From assembly GCF_009914755.1 (NCBI RefSeq), contig NC_060925.1: a DNA stretch of 64,000 nt; one strand, written 5' to 3'. This DNA comes from the human T2T-CHM13v2.0 reference genome, Homo sapiens. Shown here piece after piece: positions 43,330 to 61,741 of the stretch (its first letter is position 1; every line of letters begins with the position of its first letter). The position numbers were made by a program, and so were the translations under genes. Below the pieces are notes generated by a model that worked only from the letters and a program-made list of their open reading frames with translations, searched no databases and was not told the DNA's origin.

Positions 43330-44260
43330 GCAGGACAAACTGACAGTTATGAGTTTCCTGATGTACAGCCCCAGGAAGGATGAACCACCACTTCCGGCTA
43401 TTGTCACCATGTTCTCATGTATAGCCTGAATCTCATCATGAGAAAACATGAAACAAACCCAAACGGAGAGACAGTCTCTAAAACTACAGGCCTACACACC
43501 TAACAGCAAGGTCATGAAAAATAAACCAAAGCTGAGGAGTTGTTCCAGATTAAAGGAGACTAAAGAGTCATCTCAAGGAGATTATTAAGACAAGTGGTAA
43601 AATTTGAACAGGGACTGTATATTAGATAACAATATTATATCTAGGTTAAATTTCCTGAATTTTCTAATTGAGCCACGGTGATAGGGTTTGGCTCTGTGTC
43701 CCCACCCAAATCTCATGTCGAATTGTAATCCCTGCATGTCGGAGGAGGGGCCTGGTGGGAGGTGATTGGATCATGGGGACAGACTTCCCCCTTGCTGTTC
43801 TCGTGATAGAGTAATCACAAGATCTGGTTGTTTGAAAGTGCATAGCACTTTCCCCTTCACTCTCTCTCTCTCCTGCCTCACCATGGTAAAACACACTTGC
43901 TTCCCCTTCGCCTTCCTCCCTGATTGTAAGTTTCTGAAGCCTCCCAGTCATGTTTCCTGTACAGCCTGCAGAACTGTGAGTCAATGAAACCTCTTTTCTT
44001 CATAAATTACCCAGTCTTAGGTAATTCTTCATAGCAGCCTGAGAACAGACTAATACATGTGGTTATGCAGGAGAACGTTCTTAGGAGATTTCTGCTAAAG
44101 TATTTTGACATAGAAGGGCACCAATCATTTAGGAAAAAAGTAATGTGAATACGTAGAGAGTAATAACATAGGGAGTGATAGGCAAATGTGGCAAAATGTT
44201 AAGAATTGGGGTAAAGCAATGTGGAAATTTTTTTCATAACACTGCTGTAAGTTTGGGATT
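43330..44260 (+). mobile_element. L1MC4-like 3'UTR fragment interrupted by a MaLR LTR
   Basis: GAGTTGTTCCAGATTAAAGGAGACTAAAGAG and CAAATGTGGCAAAATGTTAA motifs on either side of the LTR. Confidence 0.6.
43679..44057 (+). mobile_element. MaLR solo LTR (MSTA/THE1-type)
   Basis: TGATAGGGTTTGGCTCTGTGTCCCCACCCAAATCTC...CAGACTAATACA. Confidence 0.88.
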
Positions 44261-44454
44261 ATTTCTAGAAAGAGAAAAGAGAAAACACAAAAATGGAACA
44301 TTCAAAAATCAGATCCTTCACCTCTATTTTCTGATAGATTATTCATGTAAGAAAAGGTGAGAGTTTACCTGCAACTCTCCTATCAGTAGCATTTTTAAGT
44401 TGAGTAGTAATAGTGATCATTGGGAAAGGGATTCGGTTATTTGGTTACATGGAC

Positions 44455-44836
44455 TGTATGAGTTCATTTTCACACTGCTATGAAGAAATACACGAGACTG
44501 GGTAGTTTACAAAGGAAAGAAGTTTAGTTGACTCACAGATCCACATGGCTGAGGAGGCCTTGGGAAACTTACAATCATGGTGAATGGGGAAACAAACAAG
44601 TCCTTCTTCACATGGTAGCAGGAGAGAGAAGAAGTGCCAGCAGGGGGAATGCCAGACGTTTATAAAACCATCAGATCTCATGGGACTCACTCATTATCAT
44701 GAGAATGGCATGGGGTGGAACCACCCCCATGATCTAATTACCTTCCAAGAGGTCACTCCCCCAACATGTGGGGATTACAATTTGGATTACAATTCAAGAT
44801 GAGATTTGGGTGGGGACACAGAGCCAGACCATACCG
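44455..44836 (-). mobile_element. MaLR solo LTR (THE1-type)
   Basis: Reverse THE1 motifs (ATTCAAGATGAGATTTGGGTGGGGACACAGAGCCA). Confidence 0.88.
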
Positions 44837-44959
44837 TGGGTCTACCAGCTTTTTTCCCTCATTAGAGAGAAGGCATTGATTTGCCTCACAGGTTCTCCTA
44901 ATTAATCCTGAAGTCCTGTACCCATCTGGTCCAATGGAGAGTTTGCCCTTCTATGTTCA

Positions 44960-45291
<332 letters not shown>

Positions 45292-45319
45292 TTATATATG
45301 AAACACTGTACCTTCTTAA

Positions 45320-45648
<329 letters not shown>

Positions 45649-45649
45649 T

Positions 45650-45850
45650 AACCTTTTAATAGCATTAAGGCATTTAATTCTCACAAGAATACTGTAAGCT
45701 ATGTACTATTATTTACCCATTTTTACAAATGAAGAAACTGAGGCACAGAGAGGGCAATACATTTCATGACCTCACAAAATGACTTGGTGGATGAGCCAGG
45801 AATTGAAATCAGGTGAATCTGGCACCAGCGTCGATGCTCTTAACCATGCT
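45650..45850. mobile_element. MIR
   Basis: CCCATTTTTACAAATGAAGAAACTGAGGCACAGAGAGG core. Confidence 0.75.
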
Positions 45851-46024
45851 ACTACACGACATCTAGGCAGAAAGAGCCCTTGCTGGGGCAGCATTTTGTT
45901 GGGAGGAACGTTGATCTGGCATTCCTTCTCTTGGCACTAGGATTGAATACTGCCCTGAGTCTGGATATCTACCTAATCGTCACATGCCAGAGATGGCTAC
46001 AAAGCCTTTAAGAATAGAAGTAGG

Positions 46025-47618
<1,594 letters not shown>

Positions 47619-47818
47619 TTACTGCCGTCCCATCTGGTAATCTTCATTTCCATTCACTGAGTCACGCTATGGCCATGCTATATCACTTTGAGTGCTAGCA
47701 CAGCAGCAAGATGGGTAGATCTGAACTTCATGTGGTAGCAGGGGTGTGGCAGGTGCTTGGGTAATGACTGGTAGTAGGTAGCAGGACAGCACCTGCACTG
47801 AAGAGAACATTCTCCAGG

Positions 47819-48169
47819 GGTTAAAGGTGGAGTGTGTCCAGGTTCTTAACGTCCTGAGCAAAGAATTGGACAAAACGCACAAAGCAAGGAAGGAATGAAG
47901 GGATTTATTGAAAATGAATGTACACTCCACAGTGTGGGAGTGGGCCTGAGCATAGGGTTCAAAAGGCCCTGTTACAGAATTTTTGGGAGTTTAAATACCC
48001 CCTACAAAATTCCATTGGTAACTTTGGGTACACCCTATGTAAATGGAGAGGATGAAGTAAAGTTACAGTCATTTACAGCATACGCTCTATGGAGAGGATG
48101 TTTTCTGTTATAGCCGAAGTGTGAATCAGCCTTATGTTCCCTGCCTCCAGACCCTATTTTCCTGCCTCA
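47819..48169 (-). mobile_element. MER61-type ERV1 solo LTR
   Basis: Minus strand starts TGAGGCAGGAAAATAGGGTCTGGAGGCAGGGAACATAAGG; 4-bp TSD CAGG at 47815-47818 and 48170-48173. Confidence 0.85.
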
Positions 48170-49034
48170 CAGGAAGGCAGAACAATGACTCAGATGATAT
48201 ACAAAGTCACAGTGAGTACCCAGTGACTAACATGATGTCTCGGGGTGTCCTGCGAGACAGGTGAAGCCCTACCTATAATACTCAGAAATCAGGGAGTTAG
48301 CATTGTGTAACAGTTAGCTGTATGCAGGCCACCAATCTCCAGGCCATGGCTCTTGGATAGACTGGCTTTTTGGAGTAGACGGTACTGGTGGGAAGAAAGT
48401 AAACTTTGAGATTTGAATAGAGAGGGTACTAGACAGACCTAAGCACATTAGCGATCACATCGAACCAGGCATCAGAACCAGCTCACAGGCTCCTCCAGTC
48501 TAGAAGCAAGAGTGAATTGGAGGCAGTCCTAGAATGTTGATTTACATGGTCAAATGCCTCTCTATGAGGTCAGGATTGGTCCTACAGATCAAAGCTCCAG
48601 GCCACACATGTTAAGGACCCTCAGCCCAGGGAGGTGGCTTTAATCTTGGTTCTCCAGTGTCAGGAAGAGATCCTTCAGTCATGGGGTAAGTATTTTCTGA
48701 GCACTTAGTACGTGGCAGGCGCTGGACTATAATGGAGAATAGTCCCTGCCCTCAAGGAGCTCCGAGAAACAAGACTCATTGGACCATCAGTCTGGATTCA
48801 CTGAGGCAGGATTCTTTACAGCACTTCTGATGCAATTGTCACGGACTGGAGACCAGCCTCCATACAGGACCTGCAGGCATATTTTGTTACGCCCTGCACA
48901 GCGAAATACAAATCCAATAAAAGTAAATGCGCAAGTCTGAGGGGAACAGCTTGAAGATCTTATATACCACCCCACCACAGTGTTTCTAAAGGTTAGGCAA
49001 TGTCACTGAAAATAGAGAAGAGGAAAGGTACATC

Positions 49035-49843
<809 letters not shown>

Positions 49844-50189
49844 GCATATTTTATGATGCTAAAAAGATTGGGTACTATCTATTCTCTAATACTTGCTAAA
49901 TCTTCATCTATTGTAACAGGAAATAAATTGATAGTGGCCAAAAAGGATAAATTTTAAAATAACAGTTTAAGCATATTCTTTACATATAGAGGTAAATATC
50001 AAAAGAAATGCCCAAGAGAAGTGAAAGTGGTTGCCTCTGCCGAGTGAGACTAAAAGATAGGGCAGGAATCTGCTGTTTTGGTACTACTGATGCAATTTTT
50101 AAGAATCAGAATGCACTAAAACTTTGACTTAAGAAATGCTAAAACAATGTAATTAGACCAGTGTTTTCTTTCATATAAGCAGGTATTGT

Positions 50190-50700
50190 CTAGAGCTGTA
50201 CTGTTCTACATAGTTAGCCACTAGCTCTATGTGGCTTTTACATTTCATGTTAAAATTAACTAAAATTGGCCGGGCATGGTGGCTCACACCTGTAATCCCA
50301 GCATTTTGGGAGGCCGAGGTGGGTAGATCACCTAAGGTCTGGAGCTCAAGACCAGCCTGGCCAAGATGGTGAAACCCTGTCTCTACTAAAAATACAAAAA
50401 TTAGCCGGGCGTGGTGGCATATGCCTGTAGTCCCACCCAGCTACTCAGGAGGCTGAGGCAGGAGAATCTCTCGAACCTGGGAGGTGGTGGTTGCAATAAG
50501 CCGAGCCTGCACCACCGCACTCCAGCCAGGGTGACAGAGTGAGACTCTGTCTCAAAAAAAAAAAAAAAAAAAAACTAAAATTAAATTAAATTAAAAGTTC
50601 AGTCCCTCATTCACACTAGCCACACTTTGTGTGCCAGACAGTGTATTGGATTCGTAGATTAAGAACTTTCCATGAGAACATTCTATTAGGCTATGCTGGT
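50190..50700. mobile_element. MER3/MER33-type hAT-Charlie element interrupted by an Alu
   Basis: TAGCCACTAGC..ATGTGGCT and CACACTAGCCACA motifs either side of the Alu. Confidence 0.7.
50268..50574 (+). mobile_element. Alu (AluS)
   Basis: TSD AACTAAAATT. Confidence 0.94.
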
Positions 50701-50879
50701 CAAGGTTCTTTTGTTCTCTGCCCTGCACACCCCTGAAGCCATTTGGGTTTGTAACTATTGCCTAGCGGCAAGATAGGGCTACAGATGTGAGTGTATGGGA
50801 GCCTGCAGGCCAGTTAAAGGAGTTACATCTGCCAGTCAGGATTAATGGAAAGCAAGATTAGAAAAGGAACAGACCAGCT

Positions 50880-51208
50880 CACCAGTTATCTAGGACTGCA
50901 TACCAAACCACCTCAAAACATATGTGTTGTACAATAACCATTGTATTTGACCCTCAGCTGGAACATCTAAGGATGGTCTCTCTGTGTGGCCTGGGCTTCT
51001 TCATCACATGGTGCCTGGGTCCAAGAAACAGGAAGTGGAAGCTGCCAGGTTCTGAAGACCTGGTCCTGGAGACTGGCACTGCTCACTTCCACTATATTTC
51101 ATTAGCCAAATAAGCACAGAACCCAGATTCAAGGAGAGGTGACATAGACTCCACTTCTCAATGAGAAGAGTATCACAGAATTTGGGGGCCATGTTTTAAA
51201 ACCACCAA
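50880..51208 (-). mobile_element. Old MLT1 MaLR LTR fragment
   Basis: CCCAGATTCAAGGAGAGG..ATAGACTCCACTTCT..GCCATGTTTTAAAACCAC motifs. Confidence 0.6.
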
Positions 51209-51656
51209 AGCTCAGAACTCCTCTTCTTCCTTATCAATGTCTACTTTTCAAGGAAAGATTTTTTTTTTTTTACAAAACCTTTATAAAGACAGTTTTTACA
51301 ACTTGCATGCCTTTGCTATTCTATAACTATAAAGTACCCCACTACATGTCAAACGCTGTGTAGACTGTTACTCTTTCAAGCAATGACATAAAGGAAGAAA
51401 TAGAGAAATGCAATATGAAGAGAGATTCTTTTTTCTTTTTCTTTTCTTTTTACATTTTTTTACATTTTTCCCTAAAAATTTCACTGAAGTGAGAAAGCTT
51501 TTTTAGATGGAAGAAAACATGAACATGTTTATAGACAGGAGAAAAAGGGTGTTGCCAATATAGAAAAAGATTCTAAGTGTTGGTAGAGAAGGAAGGAATT
51601 GGCTAAAGAGTAGCAGGGAAGGTGGAGCTGATTTCCAGATTAATTTTTTTTAAAAA

Positions 51657-51950
51657 GGCCAGATGCGGTGGCTCATTCCTGTAATCCCAGCACTTTGGGA
51701 GGCTGAGGTGTGTGAAATGCTTGAGCACAAGAGTTCAAGACCAGCCTGGGCAACATGGGGAAACCTGTCTCTACTAAAAATACAAAAATTAGCCAGGTAT
51801 GGTAGTACGTGCCTGTAATCCCAGCTACTCAGGAGGCTGAGGCAGGAGAATCACTTGAACCCAGGAGGCGAAGGTGAGCCAAGATTGTGCTCACTCCAGC
51901 CTGGGTGACAGAGTGAGACTCCATCTCAAAAAATAAAATAAAATAATTTA
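51657..51950 (+). mobile_element. Alu with small internal deletions
   Basis: Dimeric Alu with A-rich tail. Confidence 0.9.
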
Positions 51951-52561
51951 AAAATTTAAAAAAGAGTACCAGGGAAGGAATTTACATCAGGCCACAGGTG
52001 GCTACTAATCCTTTGTCCCTTCCAGAAATTTTTACATTTTCCTTTTAACGAGTCTGTGTCTTTCTCCCTATGAACATTAAAAAGCACATTTGCACAGAAC
52101 ACTGTGCGGCCCACTTGGAATCCAATTCTAAAGGCGAAATAGCCTTCAATTCCATTATTTCTACCACTACCTCGCCCCACTTAGAAGAGGGTGTGCATGT
52201 CAGTGTTAAATGCTGCTCCTCCAACGGTTCTTCCAAGAAGCAAAGAAAACAGACTGCTGCAATGGGATCTCTGAGCAATTCTGATTTGCTGGGAATTGCA
52301 AAGGTTTTCTTTTACTCAGTGTTCTTGAGGTTTTGCTTCCATCTTCGAGAAATGATCCTTTTACCACTCCAAATTATTCACCTAGAGAGACACTTGCAAG
52401 TCCACAGAACACAAAAATGGCACTTATTAAACATTTAAATCACCTATAGGGTAATTATCAGATAAATACAGTATAAGGTTGCATTATTATCGTCTCTATG
52501 CCTGACATTTTCATAAAGCCATTTTATTCTGCAGTTTAAGAGAAATGATTACCAATAAAGC

Positions 52562-52869
52562 TTTTTTTTTTTTTTGAGACAAGAGTCTCACTTTGTCGCC
52601 CAGTCTGGAGTGCAGTGGCGTGATCTCAACTCACTGCAAGCTCTGCCTCCCGGGTTCACGCCATTCTCCTGCCTCAGCCTCCTGAGTAGATGGGACTACA
52701 GGCGCCCACCTCCACGCCCGGCTAATTTGTTGTTGTTGTTGTTGTATTTTTAGTAGAGACGGGGTTTCACCGTGTTAGCCAGGATGGTCTTGATCTCCTG
52801 ACCTCGTGATCCGCCTGTCTCAGCCTCCAAAAGTGCTGGGATTACAGGCGTGAGCCACCACGCCCAGCC
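52562..52869 (-). mobile_element. AluY with (TTG)n linker expansion
   Basis: GGTTCACGCCATTCTCC and GCCAGGATGGTC diagnostics; TSD CAATAAAGC. Confidence 0.94.
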
Positions 52870-54384
52870 CAATAAAGCATTTTAATTGAATATTGTCAGT
52901 GATTGAGCTTTGGAAGGTTTTTAATTGGGTCATGTGATTTTCTAAAACTACTAAGTTCCTACTTTCTGATTTGAGAAATACATGTGACATTTATAAGTGT
53001 AACATCTAGTTACCAAGGGGGAACAAAATCCAAAAACCATAAGAAATCAGAGGGGCAAGGCTGTGACTCCTATCATGCATTCATGCTGCTCCTCTCAGGT
53101 GTCTCCTGCCGTCTCTCAGATTACAGCTGTCCACAGCTCACAGGTAATAAACTCAGGCTATTCCAGCTTTCTGACTTCATTTTCATTCAAATCTCAACAA
53201 ATATTTACAAAGCACTTACTGTATAGTAACACTGCACATGAGGCCAGTCAAATATGAGGAAGACAGTGGTAAATGTGTAAGATGGAGCAAGAGCTGCAAC
53301 TAAAGAATCAAAGAGGATATCTCTTCTAAATCCAGAGATATGAGAAAGAAAATAGAAAAACTCTTATTAGACGTAGGAGTCAGGGAGCTTACATGAGCAG
53401 AAATGCCCAACCCAAGGACAGAATAGAATAAAGAAACCAAGTTAAGACAGTAAATTCTGAGCCAAATCTTTTCTTTCTTTATCTTTCTCTCTCTCTCTTT
53501 TTTTTTTTTTTTTTTTTTTTTGTAGCTCCTGGTCTCTGGTTGAAGAGCCAAATCTTTTTGAAGAGTAGTCCTGCGGAGGACCCACTGGGCACCCGCTAGG
53601 GAAACAATGGGAGGGATGAAAACAGAGAAGGAAAAGAAAGCGGATCCAGGGTTCCCACCTCCCTGGGTGAACCCGACTATCAATGCCCACATTAGACAAA
53701 AGGAGACGAAAAGATGTTTTCCTGGGCTCCTGGTTTGTGTTATTTGAGGCCTTCCTTTTTCAAACAATCTAATCTAATGTATCAGGTATCTGATTCAAGA
53801 GGCACATTCATTGACTTTCATAGTTAATTTATGGACTTATGGCTGCTAATATTTGTTGGCTGTTACAAAACTTTATCCACAGCTCATAAAGATTTCTTAG
53901 TTGTGAGCAATAGCAATTTAAATCTTTTCTTAGGGCAGGTTTGTTTTTTAGTTTAGTTTTTGTAAGATTATTACAGTAATAGAACTTTGGCACTTTTACT
54001 AAGGGAAGGGAATCTTGAAGGATTTCATAACCAACTGTGTTTTCTAGTAAGCTCAGACACACAAAACCCTAGGAAAGAGGCTCAGAAAACATGAGATGTA
54101 AGGTGAGGTTTGGCATAGACTTTGAATGAGGAATGGCAAAGGCTGGCATCTTCATTCCAAAGTACCCACTGGCACACAGCATTTGCTAAGCAATTTACCA
54201 AGACAACAGGGGTAGCTTCCTTGGCTTTTTATTTATAAAAGCATGCTAGACACATCTTAGAACAGTGACTGGGAAGTCTGTCTGATATTATTGTTGTTAC
54301 TGTTATTATTATTATTATCACTTTTTTGACACTCCTGAGATTTTTTGAACTCTGATAATGTGCCATGTAGAAGACAAACTAAGA

Positions 54385-54655
<271 letters not shown>

Positions 54656-55058
54656 AGTAGACAAACTAAGATAGAAAGGAAAGAAGAGACTTTTCAGAAA
54701 ATCTATTTTTTAAGCTCTTGATTCATAAAGTACAAAATGATACTGGTCAAACAATTGCTTCAGAAGTCTAACCCTAAAGAAAATCGTATCACCTTCTGTA
54801 AGAACAGATTGCCAAAGTAAACAGTATGTTCTCACTGCCCAGAAAGGCCCCACCTGTCACCTTTCTGGCAGAAGAGTGAAGGGAAGTAAAAGGTGAAAGT
54901 GCACAAGGAAGTTGCAACCTCAGTGAACCACGAAACCATCCCCACAGGCAGGCAGTTGATATATGAAAATTCCATTGCTATTTGGTCATTTTTAAGAATA
55001 ATTTTCTTAACTGTTTTTACTTAATTTTTTTCAAAATCAGTTATAAACTTTCCTTATG

Positions 55059-55698
<640 letters not shown>

Positions 55699-56113
55699 AT
55701 TGTCCAAGCAATAGCACACACACCAAGCCTCACAAATCACCACCAGCTTTACATTTTAGATTGTGATCATACGGAGCATACACAGGCTGAGGGCTCTACT
55801 GGAACTCATTTTCCATCTGCAGAAACCACTATCTGGATAAATCTTTACCCAGAGAAGAAGCATCATCTTTGTCCCAAAAGCCAGATGGTCTAATAGTATA
55901 CCGGGGCTCTCTGTACCTCAGTTTCCTCATCTGTAATTGCCTTATGCAGTTGTATACATGCCCTAGTACTGTTTCTTTTTTTAACTTTTTTTCTTGCCTC
56001 AGGAACTTTGCACCTAGTACTGGTTTTAAAAGTGTACTACCAACATTAAGATGAGATCCAAAGGAAAATTTGAGTGGAGCCTGAGCAGTACAACTTGTAG
56101 CTTCCCCCTCTAA

Positions 56114-56416
<303 letters not shown>

Positions 56417-58659
56417 CTCCCTTTAAGAATTAATTTCCCTATTGAATCATTTAAAACAAAAAAGGCTCTGTAGATTATCACTGGGTTTAATCCTGTCTAG
56501 AAGCAAGAAACACCAGGGTGAATTTAGCTAAGACCCAATTCTTAAGTACTTGCCTAAATGTCTAGGATAGTTATGAGTGTTTTCCTGAGAATCTTCAAGG
56601 AAAGAAATTCAGTTTCCTGAAATAGTTCAGGCTTCAAGTAAAACTGCTACATAGGAGAGTTAAATTAAATAACCTCTAAAAGTTTTTTTCCAACCATGGC
56701 TTTCATTTTTAATTGTCTTATGCTTCCCCCTCTCTCTCATTTCAAAGGTAATCAGGAAGTCTCCTAGGATAAGGTTATTATATTCAAGTCCTGCCAAAAA
56801 ATGTAAGAAAAGAAGCTCCTATTTGAGTGGACCAAAAAGAACAATTATACCTCCTAAAAATAAAATGAACCTAAGCTAAGAAAATGAAAAGGTTTCTAAA
56901 GAAGGTCAGTACTTCTTTTTTGGTCTCCTTTCATCACTGTGTGATTTACTTTAATAGTACCCTGTCAAACTAGATGACTCAGTGGCCTCATCACAGCTTA
57001 CAGAGCATTTCATCTGTGGTCATTCATCCTGCCTATGAAGAAATTGACATGTAGTCACTACAGAGCAACACTGCTCACCAATGGTTGTTCACCACCATAC
57101 CCTCCTGATCCTTGCCTAATCAAACAGAGAGATGCTATCCTGCTTTTACCTACACAGAAAAAGAAAGAAGATAAAACAATGTTAGGGGGTTGTGGCTCAT
57201 TGATGGTCAGATATGAAAAGCTGCTTCAAATGCTGTCCCATCAGTTCCTAAAACTGCAACATGAAAATGCATCATCATGACTACCCTTTACCTATCTCCC
57301 AAGCATGAAATTGTTTTCCCCAGTAAAAGTTTAAGGAAATGAAGTAATTGCTGTTTGGGGCAGGAATGCTATGAGTATTACCATGCAGTTTTTTCCTTAA
57401 ATGTTTAATTAGAAGGAAGTATGGCATTCTTACAGCTATTTTTTAATTAAGCCAGCAGACTCTACCAAGAATCTGATCCCCTCTCTAAGCAGATAATTAC
57501 AGTGACAAGTGACTTTCAAGTTTATGCCCATATATACTCCTAGACTTCTGATGTGCCCCAGAAGGACGTTACCATTCATGTTCTGAGTGCTGGCCTCTGG
57601 GCCTGACCCCGTCTGCCTGGATTTGGAACTTTGCCTTTCCTTAACTTGTGACTTGCCCCCCTAGATTCCAGCCTGTCCTTGACCTCTGGCAACAGCAAAC
57701 TCGTTAACACCTGCTCCGCATGCATAAATCCTTGCCTTCTGCCCAATTCTTAATTCTGATTTTTGGACTTCTGGACCAGGCTAATCCTTACAGTCTGGGG
57801 AGAATGAAAACATTGTTAGACTGAAATAGCTAAGCCCAGAGTTTATGATTAATGAGGACAGACAGGCCAAGGAGTCAGTAACCATACAAATGTTCACAAA
57901 TGATTTGCCATAAGGCCTTAGATTTTACATATTATATATATGAGGTTCATATGTTATAGCCAGTGTCAGGACACTAACAAGTGAAAGACTTTTCAAACCC
58001 AGGTCAGGGAACTCAAAGCATAGCCCTCAAAACGTACCTCAGATCATAGGGCAAATATATGCAGACATATGTAGTCACTGTTGCTGAGCTGAAAGTGTCA
58101 CCCGTGCCCTGAGGACACGTTTGGTATCTATTTAAGACCTGAGCATTGAGAGGCTGTAAGAGGTGCATAAATTCTGGGAAAGTCTTCATCCTTTACAAAC
58201 ACAAATGCATTGTATGTAAAATTACATGCATTTCTTTGAGGAAACTCTCACTATAAATGTTCAAATATGGTAGGGGCTATAAAATAACAAATGGAGTTTG
58301 AACTATAAAAGGCTGGTGTGGAAGACCAAAAGGAATGCACAGTGGAGAATTAGAAGACTTGGTTGGAGAACTTGCTCAGGCACTGATCAGCTGGCTCTCA
58401 ATTTCTTTGTTAAAAAAATGAGGAATATATTTCTAAATCACGTTTATAGCCCTTTCAGCTCTGAATGATTCTTTGACCTTGACATAGAATAACAGGACTG
58501 GAAAGGACCTTAGTTACTTAATTCAACCACTAATCCTTCAGGGACAGAGACAATAGTATCTCCCGGGCCAGCCTATGCCCTTTCCAAAGAGCTCTTATCA
58601 GAAGAACGGTCTTTTTTATCTTGAACTGGCACCTTTCTCTCTGTATTTTCTAGCATTAG

Positions 58660-59121
<462 letters not shown>

Positions 59122-59161
59122 CCATATGCTGAGGCTTTAAACCCTATCTCCAACCATTCAC

Positions 59162-59283
59162 TTTTTTTTTTAGAGATGGAGTCTCATTATGTTGCCCAGG
59201 CTAGACTCCTAAACTCAAGGGACCCTCTTGCCTCAGCCTCCTGGAGTAGCTGGGAATACAAATGCACACCGCCATGCCACACC
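59162..59283 (-). mobile_element. Alu fragment (deleted AluJ/FLAM-like)
   Basis: Short reverse Alu-like segment flanked by CCATTCACTTTT. Confidence 0.75.
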
Positions 59284-60227
59284 CCACCCATTCACTTTTG
59301 TCTGCTTCTGTTATATGCTGTCATTGTCCTTCTTAAAGTATGGGGTGGGGGACATCAGAGCATCCAGAAGCAAATACTAAGAAGGCGAGAGGGAGTATCA
59401 CCTTCTCTCCCCTGTTCTGAGCATTATTCTTCATTAATGCAGCCCACTTATGAATTAGCATTTGAAGAACAGTCATATCACATCATTGAATTACTGCATG
59501 TTTATCTTACAGTTTTTTCCACGTGTGGACATTAAGCAACACCTCTTCTATTCCGGGTTGTTTAATCAGGGTTTTTATTCCAAGTATAAAACCTTACAGT
59601 TTATCCCTGTTTGATTTCATCTTGTTAATGTTGAAATATCCTATAAGAAAAGTCCGAAGCAAAAAGGAATCAGTAATGGATCTTAAAGGAAAAAGAAATA
59701 GGAAGTAGTCCCAGAAATGCAAGGAGTTAACTAGGAAGCCTAGCTGAGGGACTACTAAATTAAGAGGGCAGATGGAACCCTGTGTTTATTTTTGCTTCCT
59801 CCTAAAACTCTAATGAATCAACATAACAAGATTCTTTCTAAGGCACAAACTCACAAAGAAGGATGGAAAAGCCGTAACAGCAATAAAATTTTGGAATTTG
59901 AAAAGGTGATGACCAAGTGGCAACTAACTAGCACATCTGAGAAAGCAGTTCTTAAGCTAGAAATGGGGAAAGCCAAAAAGCAATTTGATATTCACCCCCC
60001 AAGTCCTAAAAGGCTCAGGAATTGGTGGTATGAGGTTCTACTGAAAGTGAGGGGGAAGGAGGGCTAAAAGCAGATTGATTGGATGAAGAGTGTTTTAAGA
60101 ACACGTAGGATCCCTGGAGCTTCTGCTCCACCTCATCAGTAGGAGGCATATTATCTGGACAATAAGGCACTATTGAAGGTTGGCGTACTGTTTCCAGGAG
60201 ATTAAAGGGAGTATTCTCAGCTCAGTC

Positions 60228-60542
60228 TTTTTCTTTTTTTTTTCTTCTCTTCTCTTCTCTTTAGACAGGTTCTCACTCCATCAACCAGGCTGGGGTACAG
60301 TGATACAATCTGAGCTCCTCTGCCTCCCCAGCTCAAGCCATTCTCCCACTTCAACCTCCTGAGTGGCTGGGACCACAAGTGCACATCAACATGCCTGGCA
60401 AATTTTTTGTATTTATTTTTATTGTTGAGATGAGGTCTCGCTATGTTGCCTAGGCTGGTCTCAAACTCCTGGGCTCAAGCAGTCCACCCACCTTTGTCTC
60501 GGAAAGTACTGTGATTGCAGGCATGAGCCACCATGCCTGGCC
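60228..60542 (-). mobile_element. AluJ
   Basis: Reverse dimer; TSD CAGCTCAG(T/C)CTTTT. Confidence 0.88.
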
Positions 60543-60674
60543 AGCTCAGCCTTTTTTTTTTTTTTTTTTTTTTTACAAACAAAATATTAGAGCATCTTCT
60601 CTACAGAATCCGACCAGTCCAAGAGGAAATACCAAATAATTTCAACTTTAAGGGTTCCTCAATGACATTCCTCC

Positions 60675-60925
60675 CTTCCATGGTACTGGTCCATGGCCTG
60701 TTAGGAACTGGGCTGCACAGTAGGAGGTGAGCAGCGGGCCAGCAAATGTTATCACCTGAGATCCACCTCTTGTCAGATCAGCAGGAGCGTTAGATTCTCA
60801 TAAAGGTGTGAACCCTGTTGTGAACTGCACATGTGAGGGATCTAGGTTGTGTGCTCCCTGTGAGAATCTAATGTCTGATGATCTGAGGTGGAACCAGTTT
60901 CATCCTGAAACCATCCCCCAACCCC
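60675..60925 (-). mobile_element. MER1B-type (hAT-Charlie) fragment
   Basis: GGCCTGTTAGGAACTGGGCTGCACAG..TTAGATTCTCATA..TGTGAGGGATCTAGGTTG. Confidence 0.85.
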
Positions 60926-61379
60926 AGATCATCATACAATGAAGCCCACAAATAAGCCCCACCCACATGCTCAGATCTTCCAAACAGCCTGCAAGAGTGC
61001 CTCTCTTGAATATAAGTAGCTATCTAAGACTCACTAAGCATCTGAGGCAAACCTCCAGTATGATAAACAGACCACAACAAACAGAAAACAAAACACCTAA
61101 CTTGGAGGAAACAGACTGCAGAGAAAATAAGACATCACAAAACTGTAATTAATAACCTTAGAAAGATAAGAAGATATTGCATTCAAGAAATAAGGATATT
61201 TAGAGATTATTAGCAGAAATGAAAATCTCAGTGAAAGATTTGAAAGATACAGTTGAAGAAATTTCCCAGAAAGTGGAGCAAAATGACAAAAAGACAGGAA
61301 ATAGGAATGTAGAGATTTAAAGAAAATAAAAAGATCATTCAAGAATATCTAGCACTTGAATAACAAGAATTCTATAAGA

Positions 61380-61741
61380 CAGCAGTCCCAAAGCTTCTTG
61401 GCACCAGGGACCGGTTTTGTGGAAGACAATTTTTCCATGGATAGGGGTTGGGGTTGGGGCATGGTTTCAGGGTGAAACTGTTCTGTCTCAGATCATCAGA
61501 TATTAGATTCTCATAAGGAGCACACAACCTAGATCCCTCACATGTGCAGTTCACAATAGGGTTCACACCTCTATGAGAATCTAATGCTCCTACTGATTTG
61601 ACAAGAGGTGGAGCTCAGGCAATAACGCTCACTTGCCCGCTGCTCACCTCCTACTGTGCAGCCCAGTTCCTAACAGGCCATGGACTGGTCCCAGGCCATG
61701 AACCAGTACCAGTCCACAGCCCAGGGGTTTGGGAACCCCTG
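61380..61741 (+). mobile_element. MER1B-type (hAT-Charlie) element
   Basis: TIRs CAGCAGTCCC...GGGAACCCCTG; GGCACCAGGGACCGGTTTTGTGGAAGAC motif. Confidence 0.88.

Noticed and set aside
47819-48169. p53 response element in the MER61 LTR
   Set aside because: Some MER61 subfamilies carry p53 sites, but I see no paired RRRCWWGYYY half-sites in this copy.
51956-52438. Non-repeat stretch with overlapping ORFs on both strands
   Set aside because: No recognisable homology or consistent exon boundaries.
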